A stretch of DNA of 64,000 nucleotides from an uncultured Nitrososphaerota archaeon (GTDB taxonomy: Archaea; Thermoproteota; Methanomethylicia; Nezhaarchaeales; WYZ-LMO8): NCBI GenBank assembly GCA_964586135.1, contig CAZPGS010000001.1:18761-82760 (forward strand), given 5' to 3'. Below, piece after piece: positions 9,842 to 19,750 of the stretch. The translations under genes and the position numbers were made by a program. A model generated the notes under the pieces. The model made no database searches. It was not told where the DNA came from and saw nothing but the letters and a program-made list of their open reading frames with translations. The number at the start of each line of letters is the position of its first letter. Positions within the stretch are counted from its first letter, which is position 1.

Positions 9842-9880
9842 GTTTTGGCACCTATTCCCAGATAAAAATCGACAAGGGGC

Positions 9881-10210
9881 TTACCCAAGGTGTGCGCGAA
9901 TTAGCTCTAAGATCTTCTCAAGGTCCTCACTTAAAAAGACCTTGTCCTCTTTAACAAGTAAGGTTCTAAGCTCTTCTATAGACGTGGGCAAGACATTTAC
10001 TATCTGCACCGCGGCCGCCCTAGAGATCTTGAATTTTTCCGTGAGGGCCTTGACGAGCTCCTTGGCTTTCTCAGGAGAAAGCTTTGAGAACTTAGAGGCA
10101 TGGGAAAGGGTAGCCATTTGATATGGGTCTAGAGGGCCTCGTTTCTGCCTTAGCTCAAGTAAATCGCGCACTTCTGGTAACGAAATTTCCTCTAGCTTCA
10201 ATACCTTCAT
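9881..10210 (-). CDS. rpoF: DNA-directed RNA polymerase subunit F (Rpo4)
   Basis: MKVLKLEEISLPEVRDLLELRQKRGPLDPYQMATLSHASKFSKLSPEKAKELVKALTEKFK... is an Rpo4/RpoF-like helical protein of ~109 aa. The ORF-track 5' extension to 10405 is rejected as read-through. Confidence 0.65.
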   Translation of the reverse strand: MKVLKLEEISLPEVRDLLELRQKRGPLDPYQMATLSHASKFSKLSPEKAKELVKALTEKFKISRAAAVQIVNVLPTSIEELRTLLVKEDKVFLSEDLEKILELIRAHLG

Positions 10211-10338
10211 CTCTAAGCCCTCACAACAGCGCGAGGACTCAACGGGAAGAATTCTCTCGCGAGGAGAATAAATATATTTATGTCTATGTCTTGGTGTTAT
10301 GCTGTTCAAGCCGAGTCCTCGCAAGGCCCTGAAACTGG

Positions 10339-10647
10339 GTGGTGGAGGTGAAGCGTTCCAAAGGTCTGAGGAGCAGGAGTAGAAACTTGTTATCAAAGCA
10401 CCCACGCGAACGTGGCATGAGAGGGTTGAGTTACTTGCTCGCTAAGTATAAGATAGGCGACAGAGTTTGCTTTGATGTAGATCCTTCAAAGGTCAGGACA
10501 GCACCTCATAGAAGATATCACGGACTCACAGGGGTAATAATAGGTAAGAGGGGTAGGGCGTATATAATCGAGGCTAAGCTTGGTGATAAGCGCAAAGTAA
10601 TAATAACCACGCCAGAGCACATAAAACCCCTCGGCGCTACGGCTTAA
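10339..10647 (+). CDS. rpl21e: 50S ribosomal protein L21e
   Basis: MVEVKRSKGLRSRSRNLLSKHPRERGM...GDRVCFDVDPS...HRRYHGLTGVIIG is the L21e signature. 102 aa. Confidence 0.9.
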   Translation: MVEVKRSKGLRSRSRNLLSKHPRERGMRGLSYLLAKYKIGDRVCFDVDPSKVRTAPHRRYHGLTGVIIGKRGRAYIIEAKLGDKRKVIITTPEHIKPLGATA

Positions 10648-11981
10648 TCCTCGACGTCCAAGACGTCCAGCTCTAGAACCTTAAGCTTCGTACCCAGAAC
10701 CTCTTGAAAACTGGGAGCAGTCCTGCCCTCATCTCCATGGATGAGCTCCTTGACGTAGAGACCTCCTTGACACTTTATCAAAACCTCAAAGGTTTTGTCC
10801 TTAACGTCTATCACCCTTACTTCATAGACCTTCTTTGTCCGCAACTTGTCAGCACGACGATGTAAGACCCTCTTAGGGGTCCACTGCTTTATGATAGCCC
10901 CTTGAAAGTAGTTGTTTAGGGCTTTAAGCTTTTCTCTTTCTAGGGGCTCCTCCATCTCCACAAGCGCTCTATAGATCTTCTTCTTTACGTGGGCCGAGAG
11001 TTTCAGCTTCCCTATGATCGACCTGTCCGTGTATGAAAGGTTCAAAACCTCTACGATCCCTTGAGACCTCTCATTAATTTTCTGCTGCAACTCCCCTAAG
11101 TCAATGAACCTCTTCTTGGGCTCCACGACCTCTATGGCGAAGGGTCTCCCCGAACCTAAGACCCTCACATCTATGTCCTCTCTCCCTGCTCCATGAAATC
11201 GGGCTCCACGAGCCTTAAAGGCCTCAACGACGGGTTTAGTTATGAGCTCCTCGACTGAGAGCTCATATCGCTTTCCTGTCCAATTGCACTCAGGACATCC
11301 ACCCCCTTTACACTTAGAGCAGAACCACTTGGATTGGGGTATTCCGCGAACCAGCTTTCTATAACGCCCGTACATGAAGATCGGGCTCGGCTTTATCTCC
11401 ACCTTCATCTTATGAAAGTCTAGTATTACGAGGATGTCGGGCTTTCGAAGATCCGGCTTTTTTCCGGACTTAGACATTATGATCAAGCTGGCCTCTCGGT
11501 TTATCTCCCTCTTTATGGACTCACCCCAATTCACTTCAAGGTAAGATCTTAAGCTGTCCTCCTTCTCTACTACGTTACCAGGTACTCTGCACCCGACGAG
11601 GTAAGTGTTGAAGTCGTATTCGAGCAGACTGGCGGCTGCCTCTTCCGCGAGGCGCTCTAGTGGCTCGTAGAGAAGACCTCCGCATGCTTCGCATGGGGTC
11701 GTCTCAGGCACTTCAAGGCCATTCTTGGCTAGGAGCTCTCTCGCGACCTTGAAGCCCGTCCTCGCTATGTTTCGTAAAATGCTGACAGCTTCTTGGCTTC
11801 CCTCGTTCAGGAGGCTTGAGGCTATCATGCATATAACGGTCTTCAGGCTCGAGCCCCTCGCCTCATTGCTTAAAGCGAAGCCTAAGTTGGCGAAGAACCT
11901 GCCAAAGCACTTGTCACAAAGAGCGGCTCTCTCCGCTAGTTTCAGGGCCTTTTCGATTACCTTTGATGTAGCGCTCAGCAT
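10644..11981 (-). CDS. pus10: tRNA pseudouridine(54/55) synthase Pus10
   Basis: N-terminal CxxC zinc/THUMP-like region. Catalytic motif ...GAGREDIDVRVLGSGRPFAIEV... matches the Pus10 signature (REDxDVR plus GRPF). 445 aa. Confidence 0.75.
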   Translation of the reverse strand: MLSATSKVIEKALKLAERAALCDKCFGRFFANLGFALSNEARGSSLKTVICMIASSLLNEGSQEAVSILRNIARTGFKVARELLAKNGLEVPETTPCEACGGLLYEPLERLAEEAAASLLEYDFNTYLVGCRVPGNVVEKEDSLRSYLEVNWGESIKREINREASLIIMSKSGKKPDLRKPDILVILDFHKMKVEIKPSPIFMYGRYRKLVRGIPQSKWFCSKCKGGGCPECNWTGKRYELSVEELITKPVVEAFKARGARFHGAGREDIDVRVLGSGRPFAIEVVEPKKRFIDLGELQQKINERSQGIVEVLNLSYTDRSIIGKLKLSAHVKKKIYRALVEMEEPLEREKLKALNNYFQGAIIKQWTPKRVLHRRADKLRTKKVYEVRVIDVKDKTFEVLIKCQGGLYVKELIHGDEGRTAPSFQEVLGTKLKVLELDVLDVED

Positions 11982-12017
11982 GCATAGAGCCTCTGTTGCT
12001 CGATTGGAGCCTCTGCA

Positions 12018-13340
12018 TCAGAGATGGGGGAAGAGCCTCTTTTTTTGCTTTCTCAGCAAGGTCTTTACCATTCGTCTCATCGCTTCGTAGGCGTCCAGGA
12101 GCTCTTTAACCTCCTTAACCTTTACGCCGCTACCTCGGGCTATCCTCCTCATCCTGGACCTATTTATTATCTCGGGGCGTTCCAGTTCTTCTCGGGTCAT
12201 GGATTTGACTATGACGGTCCACTTTTCGAGCTTTTCTCTTGCCACATCTGCTATCTCGTCGGGCAAGCTCAAGCCGAAACCCGGTATCATCTCCAGGATT
12301 TTTTGCAAAGGACCTAGCTTTTTGAGTCCTTCGAGCTGGTTGATCATGTCCTCAAGCGTGAACTTGCCGCTGACTAAGCCTTTCATCTCCCTCTCTTTGA
12401 GCGACGCCTCCTTCACCTTCTCTGCCAGCGACTTGAGGTCTCCCATCCCTAAGAGGCGGCTCACGAAGCTTGACGGTTCAAAGACCTCAAGCTCCTTAAC
12501 ATCCTCACCGACTCCTACGAACTTGATCCGCGCGCCCGTAGCGACGACGGCCGAGAGGGCGCCTCCTCCCCTCGCGGCCCCGTCGAGCTTAGTGACTATT
12601 ATCGACCCGATCTTAGCCGCATTATTGAAAGCTTCTGCTTGGGATTTGGCCTGCTGACCTATCGTAGCATCTATCACAAGCATGACCTCATCTGGCCTTA
12701 TGGCCTCTGACAATTGCTTCATCTCCTCCATTAGAGCGTGTTCGTTCTTATGTCGCCCAGCCGTGTCGATTATTATGACGTTACAGCCCATGTCCTTAAG
12801 GACCTCAACACCTCTAAGAGCTATTTCCACGGGGTCCCCCGTCTTCTCGCCGTAAAACATGATCCCGGCCTCCATAGCCAATTGCTTTAACTGGTCATAG
12901 GCTCCTGGCCTGAACGTATCTGCGCAGAGTACACCGGGGTGATATCCTTTCCTTTTGTAGAACCACGCCAGTTTAGCGGCAGTAGTGGTCTTGCCGGACC
13001 CCTGTACCCCTACCAGCATAAGCACGATGGGCTTGTTCGTAGGGTATAGTACGTCAGGCTGCCTCTCCCCTCCCAAAAGTTCTACGAGGGAGTCGTAGAG
13101 GGCTTTTAACGTGACCTCCCTTCGAGTAAAGCCCGAGGGCACGGGCTCTTTGAGGGCCTTCTCCTCAACCTTTTGGGTAACCTTGAGGACTAGTTCGACG
13201 TTGACGTCTGCTAGTAGGAGTGCCCTCTGCACGTCCTTAATCAGCTCTTTAACTGCAAGCTCGTCTGCCACGGGCCTTCCCAAGAATTTCTTTATGGCCT
13301 CTCGAAGCGATGAACCTAGCTTACTTAACATCGATATCAA
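12018..13340 (-). CDS. srp54: Signal recognition particle protein SRP54 (Ffh)
   Basis: N domain, G domain with LVGVQGSGKTTTAAKLA P-loop, DTAGR, TKLDG, and a Met-rich M domain. 440 aa. Confidence 0.9.
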   Translation of the reverse strand: MISMLSKLGSSLREAIKKFLGRPVADELAVKELIKDVQRALLLADVNVELVLKVTQKVEEKALKEPVPSGFTRREVTLKALYDSLVELLGGERQPDVLYPTNKPIVLMLVGVQGSGKTTTAAKLAWFYKRKGYHPGVLCADTFRPGAYDQLKQLAMEAGIMFYGEKTGDPVEIALRGVEVLKDMGCNVIIIDTAGRHKNEHALMEEMKQLSEAIRPDEVMLVIDATIGQQAKSQAEAFNNAAKIGSIIVTKLDGAARGGGALSAVVATGARIKFVGVGEDVKELEVFEPSSFVSRLLGMGDLKSLAEKVKEASLKEREMKGLVSGKFTLEDMINQLEGLKKLGPLQKILEMIPGFGLSLPDEIADVAREKLEKWTVIVKSMTREELERPEIINRSRMRRIARGSGVKVKEVKELLDAYEAMRRMVKTLLRKQKKRLFPHL

Positions 13341-13346
13341 AATCCC

Positions 13347-14474
13347 TTGTTAGCGGATATGCTTAAATCTATAGCGCTGCTTTCAGTTCTTGCTTTGGAC
13401 ATGTATGAGTTAAAGATTGATGAGGTCTTGGACTTCGTGCGCAAAAAAGGCGCAAGGAGGCTGCTCTTGCAATTTGCCAATGGGTTAAAGCAGAATTCGT
13501 GCTCTGTCGTAGAAGAGCTAAGTAGAGAACTGCCTAGTGTTGAGGTCTTAGTCTCAGGCTCTAGTTGCTACGGCGCTTGCGATGTGGCGTTTGAGGAAGC
13601 AGTGAGGGTCGGCGCCGACACGATTGTCCACTATGGGCACACACCTTTCCCAGAGGCCTTCACCCACGCCAATAAGCTTGGCGTCGGAGTGTTCTTCGTG
13701 GAGGCCTTTTCGAGGACGGAGCTTCTGTTCAAGGCCGTCGATAGAGCTCTTGACGTTTTACGCTCGATGGAGAATGTCGCTAACGTAGGCATCACTGCAT
13801 CTCTCCAAGAAGTCCCCTATATAGAGCCAATTAAGCAACGCCTCGAGAGGGAGGGCTTTTGGGCCCACGTGGGCACAGGCTCCAAAAGGGTCAAATACGC
13901 TGGACAGGTTTTAGGTTGTGATTACACATCGGCCCTCTCCATTAGGGACAAGGTCGAGGGCTTCGTGCACTTGGGCGGAGGGCTTTTCCACGCCCTAGGC
14001 TTGGGGCTAGCAACCCAAAGTCCTGTAGTGCTGTGCGATCCCTACAGGGGTGAGGCTCAAGATATCGGGCATGTAGTGAGGAAAGTTAAGGCGACGAGGT
14101 TGTACTATGTGACCCAGGCCATGGAAGAGGCAAAGCGGTATTGCATAGTCATTGGATGTAAGTGGCGGCAAAGGCACTTGCACTCCGCAATGAAGGTAAA
14201 AGGATTACTCGAGAAAAAGGGGAAGAAGGTCTATCTCCTAACCTTGCATGAAGTATCACCGCAAGCCTTGGAGAACTTTCCGGAGCCCGACGCCTTCGTC
14301 ATAACTGCTTGCCCTAGAATCCCAATCGATGACTACATGAACTACAGAAGGCCCGTGCTGACGGTTCTTGAAGCGTTAATAGTGGCCGGAGAATTAAAGC
14401 TTGAGGAGTGGTCTTTGTGTGATTGGAAGCTTAACGAAAAAGCAACTCGCGATGTTGCTTTCGAAGGTAAATGA
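13347..14474 (+). CDS. dph2: Diphthamide biosynthesis enzyme Dph2 (2-(3-amino-3-carboxypropyl)histidine synthase)
   Basis: Three-domain Dph2 pattern with conserved Cys (…SSCYGACD…, …GCDYTS…, …ITACPRIP…). The true start is probably the internal MYELKIDEVL (~13401). Confidence 0.7.
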   Translation: MLADMLKSIALLSVLALDMYELKIDEVLDFVRKKGARRLLLQFANGLKQNSCSVVEELSRELPSVEVLVSGSSCYGACDVAFEEAVRVGADTIVHYGHTPFPEAFTHANKLGVGVFFVEAFSRTELLFKAVDRALDVLRSMENVANVGITASLQEVPYIEPIKQRLEREGFWAHVGTGSKRVKYAGQVLGCDYTSALSIRDKVEGFVHLGGGLFHALGLGLATQSPVVLCDPYRGEAQDIGHVVRKVKATRLYYVTQAMEEAKRYCIVIGCKWRQRHLHSAMKVKGLLEKKGKKVYLLTLHEVSPQALENFPEPDAFVITACPRIPIDDYMNYRRPVLTVLEALIVAGELKLEEWSLCDWKLNEKATRDVAFEGK

Positions 14475-15054
14475 GCATCCAGAGCCCAAGGTCTCGCTGG
14501 AGCAATACACATTAGTAAGCGAAGAAGTGAGCGACTTATTGTGGACCATAGAGACGGTATTCGGCGACATAAGCCGAAAGGTGCTCGTAGACTTGGGTTG
14601 CGGAACTGGGAGGTTGGCCATAGGCTCAGCGCTACTTGGCGCGAGCTACGTCATTGGTGTCGACATAGATGAAGTCGCGCTGAGGGTAGCCGCCAACTCT
14701 GCTAAAAAATTGGGGGTTGAGGACAGGACTTCGTGGATTTTGGGCTCGGTGAAAAACCTCAACCTGAGGGCTGACGTCGTGATCCAAAACCCTCCTTATG
14801 GTGTAAAAAGGGAGGGGGCTGACAGACCCTTCTTGGAGGCCGCCTTGAGAATAGCTCCAATAGTCTACAGTCTACATAAATCAGGTCAGAGGAACAGGCG
14901 GTTTCTGAAAAGGTTTATCAAGGACTTGGACGGTGTAATTGACAGAATCATACCTCTTAAAGTGACCATAAAGCCGATCTTCAAGTTTCACACGAAGAGA
15001 AGCTACAAGGTCGATGTGGACCTTTATAGGATAATAAGGGGTGAGAAGACGTGA
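14401..15054 (+). CDS. Predicted RNA (m6A-type) methyltransferase, COG2263 / METTL5-like
   Basis: SAM motif VLVDLGCGTGRLAI and the NPPYG amino-methyltransferase motif. About 200 aa. The likely start is the internal Met (~14452); the ORF overlaps the dph2 3' end. Confidence 0.55.
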   Translation: MRSGLCVIGSLTKKQLAMLLSKVNEHPEPKVSLEQYTLVSEEVSDLLWTIETVFGDISRKVLVDLGCGTGRLAIGSALLGASYVIGVDIDEVALRVAANSAKKLGVEDRTSWILGSVKNLNLRADVVIQNPPYGVKREGADRPFLEAALRIAPIVYSLHKSGQRNRRFLKRFIKDLDGVIDRIIPLKVTIKPIFKFHTKRSYKVDVDLYRIIRGEKT

Positions 15055-15629
15055 GCGAAAAAGTGTTGAAGGACGTCGTGGTCCCAGGAGAGGAAATAGG
15101 CATCATAGAGGAGTTCCTACCGGGGGAGGGCACATATGTAGAGGGCAACTCCGTAAGGTCGATGATTCTAGGCACGGCCGTTTTGGACATCGATGAGAGA
15201 AAAGCGAGGGTCTACTCATTGATTAAAAGAGGGCCCCTTGCTATAGAGAGGGGCGATGTAGTGCTAGGCGAGGTCACCGGAATGAGAAGGGATGTTGCGA
15301 TAGTACTAATAAAGAATGTCGAGGGCAAAAATTTGGTTTTAAAGGAGGCGCTTCACGGAATGCTTCACATAAGTCAAGTTAGTGACAAATTTGTGGAATT
15401 TTTGTCTGATGTAGTGAAAGTAACGGACATTCTGAGGGCTAAGGTAATAAACTCGAGGCCTCCCTACCAATTGTCGATTAAGGGAAGGGATTTAGGCGTC
15501 ATAGTGGCTTTTTGCTCTAATTGCCAAACCCCCATGATTATTAAGAATAGAAAACTTTATTGTCCAAGGTGTAAAGTGCAAGAGAAAAGGAAGCTCTCCA
15601 CGAAGTACTCGATCAACCTCAAGCTGTAG
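15051..15629 (+). CDS. csl4: Exosome complex RNA-binding subunit Csl4
   Basis: N-terminal domain, central S1 domain, C-terminal zinc ribbon (CSNCQTPMIIKNRKLYCPRCK). Followed directly by rpoL, as in other archaea. Confidence 0.75.
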   Translation: MSEKVLKDVVVPGEEIGIIEEFLPGEGTYVEGNSVRSMILGTAVLDIDERKARVYSLIKRGPLAIERGDVVLGEVTGMRRDVAIVLIKNVEGKNLVLKEALHGMLHISQVSDKFVEFLSDVVKVTDILRAKVINSRPPYQLSIKGRDLGVIVAFCSNCQTPMIIKNRKLYCPRCKVQEKRKLSTKYSINLKL

Positions 15630-15632
15630 TGG

Positions 15633-15935
15633 TTGATAGTAATGAAGATAAGGGTATTGGAAAAAAGCGAGAAAAGCCTGAAGATAGAGATAATAGGAGA
15701 GGGGCATACATTCTGCAATTTGTTGAGGGACTTCTTGCTGAGAAATCCTAATGTCGAATTCGCGGCCTATAAAATTGACCACCCATTAATTTCTAACCCG
15801 GTGTTTTACGTAAGGACTAAGGACGGGAAGCCTGATGAGGCGTTGAAAAAAGCGACCGAAGACATCATAGTTGCTCTTGAAGATTTCAAAAGGGTCTTTA
15901 GCTTTGCTTTAAACAAACAAAGGGCCATATCATGA
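15633..15935 (+). CDS. rpoL: DNA-directed RNA polymerase subunit L (Rpo11)
   Basis: ...LKIEIIGEGHTFCNLLRDFLLRNPNVEFAAYKIDHPL... is the Rpo11/RpoL dimerisation fold signature. 100 aa. Confidence 0.8.
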   Translation: MIVMKIRVLEKSEKSLKIEIIGEGHTFCNLLRDFLLRNPNVEFAAYKIDHPLISNPVFYVRTKDGKPDEALKKATEDIIVALEDFKRVFSFALNKQRAIS

Positions 15936-16333
15936 AGAGAGAGCGAAGAGTTCTGGCCATAGCCGGAGATGAGCGCGTCGTAGTCGGCGTCCTATATAGA
16001 GGGAAGCTTTGGTTTGAGAGCTTAGAAGTAAAGGTTTTAGATAAAAAAGGGGTTTGTGAGGTCTTTAAGTCGAGATACCTGGACCAAGCGAGGACCATTC
16101 TTATCGATGAAGAGCTCTTGAAGCACTTAAAGATCAATATCGAAGAGAACTTTTCGGCTTTAATTCCAAAAAGAGGAGGGGTCGAAGTAATAATAATTAG
16201 TGAGGAGGGCGCTTCCATTTCTCGTGAAAAGATCAAGAAGTTATGCGTCCAAGGTGACGTCCCAGAAGCCTTAAGAGTGGCAAGGAGGATTTTTAACGAA
16301 GTACGAAGCATAATCGGAGACTATTTGAGGTGA
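15932..16333 (+). CDS. Conserved hypothetical protein (possibly a short DUF99/UPF0215-like RNase-H-fold protein)
   Basis: The pattern VLAIAGDERVVVGVLYRGKLW...TILIDEELL loosely recalls DUF99 proteins found at this position (RpoL–x–TFS) in other archaea. The assignment is weak. Confidence 0.3.
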   Translation: MKRERRVLAIAGDERVVVGVLYRGKLWFESLEVKVLDKKGVCEVFKSRYLDQARTILIDEELLKHLKINIEENFSALIPKRGGVEVIIISEEGASISREKIKKLCVQGDVPEALRVARRIFNEVRSIIGDYLR

Positions 16334-16668
16334 GAGCTCTGCTACCACTATGTCCAAGATGCGGTACCCTCATGACCTTAAAGAGGGGGGGCGAGAAATC
16401 CCTTTGGACTTGCAAGCGCTGCGGCTATTCAGAAGAGAGAGTACAACTTGTGAAGAGGGAGCACATAGCCCACAGCGAGAAGGAGAGGGTAATAGTCGTT
16501 GAAGAGGGCAGCTCCTACAAGGCCATGCCCAAAACGACGGCGGCGTGCCCGGAGTGCGGACATAACGAGGCCTATTATTGGATGGTTCAAACGCGTAGAG
16601 GAGACGAGGGTATGACGAGGTTCTATCGGTGCACGAAGTGTGGGAGGACGTGGAGGGAGTACCATTAA
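16330..16668 (+). CDS. tfs: Transcription factor S / RNA polymerase subunit M (TFIIS-type zinc ribbon)
   Basis: N-terminal CPRCG...CKRCG ribbon and C-terminal CPECGHNEAYYWMVQTRRGDEGMTRFYRCTKCG (TFIIS C-terminal ribbon with the acidic RGDE-like hairpin). 112 aa. Confidence 0.8.
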   Translation: MRALLPLCPRCGTLMTLKRGGEKSLWTCKRCGYSEERVQLVKREHIAHSEKERVIVVEEGSSYKAMPKTTAACPECGHNEAYYWMVQTRRGDEGMTRFYRCTKCGRTWREYH

Positions 16669-16740
16669 TTAGGACGGGCATTAATTAGAGTTAAATAGTT
16701 AAATATCGAAATCTACCTCCTCTAGTTAGGAGGGCGGCTT

Positions 16741-17490
16741 ATGTTTAAAGCTGTGTTTAGAGACGCAAGGTTGTGGTACAGGATAATTGACGCACTGTCT
16801 TCGCTGATAAGCGAGGGCACCATCAAGATAAGCGAGGACGGGCTGAGGCTGAGGGCCATGGACCCATCGAAGATAGCGATGATAGATTTCGAGATGCCCC
16901 GAGACGCCTTTGACGAATATCAGTGCGAGGGAGAGCTCACCATAGGCCTCAACTTTGATGAGTTGAAGAATATGGTTAAGAGGGGAAGTGCTAAAGAAAA
17001 GGTCCAGCTCGAGGTGCCACCTACTGGCGGAAGGCTAAAGATAGTGCTGAAGGGCAAGGCTTCGAGGAGCTTCGCACTACCCCTGATAGATGTGGAGCAT
17101 GAAGAGTTACCCACGCCCTCGCTCTCATTTAACGTTAAGGCTACGGTGTTGGCTGACATATTTGAAGACGCTTTAAAGGATGTGGAGCTAGTTAGCGACT
17201 ATGTTAAGCTGGAGGGCCGGGGCAATGCAATCATAGTGAAGGGCCAAAGCGATAAGGGTGAGGTCGAGGCGACGTTGACCTCTGAGACCGGGGCCCTTTT
17301 AGAGCTAGAGGTCAAGGAGGAATCCGTTGCCTCCTATAGCTTGGAGTACTTAATGGACATGGTTAAGGCGAACAAGACTGCTGAAGTGACAACCCTCGAG
17401 TTCTCGACTGGGATGCCTCTAAGCCTGACATTTCCAATTCCGGGCGGAGGGACCATAAGATACTACTTGGCCCCTAGACTCGAGGAGTAA
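16741..17490 (+). CDS. pcn: DNA polymerase sliding clamp PCNA
   Basis: MFKAVFRDARLWYRIIDALSSLISEGTIKISEDGLRLRAMDPSKIAMIDFEM... is the canonical PCNA N-terminus. 249 aa. Confidence 0.9.
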   Translation: MFKAVFRDARLWYRIIDALSSLISEGTIKISEDGLRLRAMDPSKIAMIDFEMPRDAFDEYQCEGELTIGLNFDELKNMVKRGSAKEKVQLEVPPTGGRLKIVLKGKASRSFALPLIDVEHEELPTPSLSFNVKATVLADIFEDALKDVELVSDYVKLEGRGNAIIVKGQSDKGEVEATLTSETGALLELEVKEESVASYSLEYLMDMVKANKTAEVTTLEFSTGMPLSLTFPIPGGGTIRYYLAPRLEE

Positions 17491-17501
17491 AGAAGAGAGC
17501 T

Positions 17502-18530
17502 ATGATTTTTTCCAAAATAGATGCCGCAACGTATCCTTTCATAAATTTGGCCTCGCAATTAGTAAGAGAGCTCGAGAAGAACTTGGGAATAAGTGCCATA
17601 TTATCCCCTGACTCAGAAGTGCTTCGAAGAAGCATCGAGAGAATAAGGGAAGCCGTATATTCTCGCACGACTTCGGTCTACAAGAAGGACCTGGACATAG
17701 AGATCTTGTCACACCCCGTCGCGCTGTTGCTCATAAAGCACATGAACAATGCGAAACTGGTAAACATATACGCCGAGGCCGAGAAGAATAGGGCCTTAGT
17801 GAACCTTCTCAAGGAAGATTATGAGAAGCTAATGGCTCTGGCGGTCGACGGCTTTAATTGGCACGTCAGAAAGGAAGGGGGCTACCTCTTTATCAGGTTC
17901 GACGATTACCTCAAAACTTCTGTTAACATGTTAGACGCCTATTGGAAACTCGTGAATAGGAGGCTCGTGAATGGTTATGTCGAGCTACCTCGGAGGGACT
18001 TCTCTAGGCTCTTGGCCGAGGCCTACAGAGTAAGGATCTTGGAAAGGGCTGGTCAGGCAGAGGACGTCCAAGTACCCAGCGCTCTTAAGCTGGTAATTGA
18101 GGAACTTGACAAAGAGTTCCGAGCCGCCCTCCCAAAGGTCGACATGGATACAACATACGTTAACGAGTACAAGCCTTCAGCTTTCCCGCCTTGCGTTTCG
18201 AAATTACTAGAAGAGGCCGAGCAAGGCAAGAACCTCTCTCACATGGCCCGCTTTACTCTCGCCACGTTTTTAATATCTATAGGGAAGAGGCCCGAAGAGC
18301 TGCTTAACGTATTCCGTAAGATGCCCGACTTCGATGAAGGTAAGACACTTTATCACTTAAGACATATAGCAGGTGAGTTAGGATCTAGAACGAGGTACAC
18401 TCCACCTAGCTGCGCGACTTTAAGGACGTTCGGCCTCTGCGTGGCGAATGACAGCCTTTGTCAAAAGGTCAAGCACCCCCTAACTTACTACAGTAAAAAG
18501 CTCAAGCTGTTGAAGAGGGAGAGGACTTGA
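17502..18530 (+). CDS. priL: DNA primase large (regulatory) subunit PriL
   Basis: Helical N-terminal domain and C-terminal Fe-S domain with four Cys (PPCVSK..., PPSCATL..., GLCVANDSLCQKV). 342 aa. Confidence 0.8.
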   Translation: MIFSKIDAATYPFINLASQLVRELEKNLGISAILSPDSEVLRRSIERIREAVYSRTTSVYKKDLDIEILSHPVALLLIKHMNNAKLVNIYAEAEKNRALVNLLKEDYEKLMALAVDGFNWHVRKEGGYLFIRFDDYLKTSVNMLDAYWKLVNRRLVNGYVELPRRDFSRLLAEAYRVRILERAGQAEDVQVPSALKLVIEELDKEFRAALPKVDMDTTYVNEYKPSAFPPCVSKLLEEAEQGKNLSHMARFTLATFLISIGKRPEELLNVFRKMPDFDEGKTLYHLRHIAGELGSRTRYTPPSCATLRTFGLCVANDSLCQKVKHPLTYYSKKLKLLKRERT

Positions 18531-19750
18531 AAAAACTCGATAACGAGAGCTTCATAAAGAAAATGTCTAAAAGGTATTACATCGAGTGGAAAGAGGAGCC
18601 GCCTAAGGACTTCAGTAGAAGAGAGTTCGCTTTCGTGGTCTCGAGGAAAGGCGAGGTTATAAGGCATAAAGCCTTCGAGAAATGGAGTGATGTTAAGGAA
18701 TTCCTTTGCAAGAACTCTCCACTTCACGTCTATTACTCGTCAGCCTATTACGCACAGCCATCAGCTCCAGATATGGACGCTAAGGAGTGGATGGGCGCTG
18801 ACCTCGTCTTCGACATAGACGTAGACCACATATACACTCCATGTAAAGAGCAACACGATAAGTGGATGTGTCTAAATTGTGGTGCTATAGGTAATGGCAT
18901 GCCTCCCGAAGAGTGTCTTAAGTGTTCCAGCAAGAGAATAGAGGCGAAGACTTGGTTCTGTGAGAAGTGCCTCGAGATAGCCAAGGAAGAGACCATAAAG
19001 CTAGTCGAAGACTTCCTAATCCAAGACTTTGGCCTCTCGCCTCAAGAAATCTCCATCGTGTTCTCGGGGCGGAGGGGCTTCCACATCCACGTAGAAAGTG
19101 ATGTTGTGAGAGAATTGGACCAAAGAGCTAGGAGAGAGATAGTTGACTATGTAAGGGGCACTGGACTCATGGTACAGGACAAGAAAAGGAGGGCCCTTGC
19201 ACCTCCCTTGAACGCTGGAGGGTGGCCCGGAAGGATCGCTAAGGGGGTTTACGAGCTTCTCAATTCTGGCAATGTAGAGGGTCTTTTGAACATTAAAGGA
19301 GGGTCTAAAGCGGAGGAGGCGATAAGAGCCATAATTAAAAGGCTTGAGGAATCTCAAGACTATTGGCCTTTAGAGGGCGTCACGCGCAGAGTATGGCTCA
19401 AGGTCGTTGAGAAAGTTATAGCGCATAAGCATTGCGAGGTCGACGAGAGGGTGACGACGGACATAAAGAGGTTAATAAGATTACCTGGGACGTTACACGG
19501 GGGGACGGGACTCATAGCAGCCAAAGTCCGCTTGAGTGGCATAGAGTCCTTCGACCCCTACGTGCACGCCGTGGCCTTCCTAAAAGGCAACGTCAAAGTC
19601 AAGGTTTTAAACATGCCTGAGATAACCTTCCTCAACCAGACGTGGGGCCCGTACAACAATGAGGTCGTGGAGCTACCCATAGGACTGGCTGTGTATTTAA
19701 TATGCTCGGAAAACGCTATCCTGGTCAGCGAGGAGGTCGAAGTTGATTAA
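18527..19750 (+). CDS. priS: DNA primase small (catalytic) subunit PriS
   Basis: Catalytic DLVFDIDVDH motif, zinc knuckle (CKEQHDKWMCLNCG...CLKCS), ...SGRRGFHIH.... 407 aa. Confidence 0.85.
   Translation: MKKLDNESFIKKMSKRYYIEWKEEPPKDFSRREFAFVVSRKGEVIRHKAFEKWSDVKEFLCKNSPLHVYYSSAYYAQPSAPDMDAKEWMGADLVFDIDVDHIYTPCKEQHDKWMCLNCGAIGNGMPPEECLKCSSKRIEAKTWFCEKCLEIAKEETIKLVEDFLIQDFGLSPQEISIVFSGRRGFHIHVESDVVRELDQRARREIVDYVRGTGLMVQDKKRRALAPPLNAGGWPGRIAKGVYELLNSGNVEGLLNIKGGSKAEEAIRAIIKRLEESQDYWPLEGVTRRVWLKVVEKVIAHKHCEVDERVTTDIKRLIRLPGTLHGGTGLIAAKVRLSGIESFDPYVHAVAFLKGNVKVKVLNMPEITFLNQTWGPYNNEVVELPIGLAVYLICSENAILVSEEVEVD

Noticed and set aside
9881-10405. Full 174-aa ORF for the RpoF region
   Set aside because: The N-terminal 65 aa are proline/arginine-rich read-through. 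The conserved Rpo4/RpoF starts at MKVLKLEE (about 10210).
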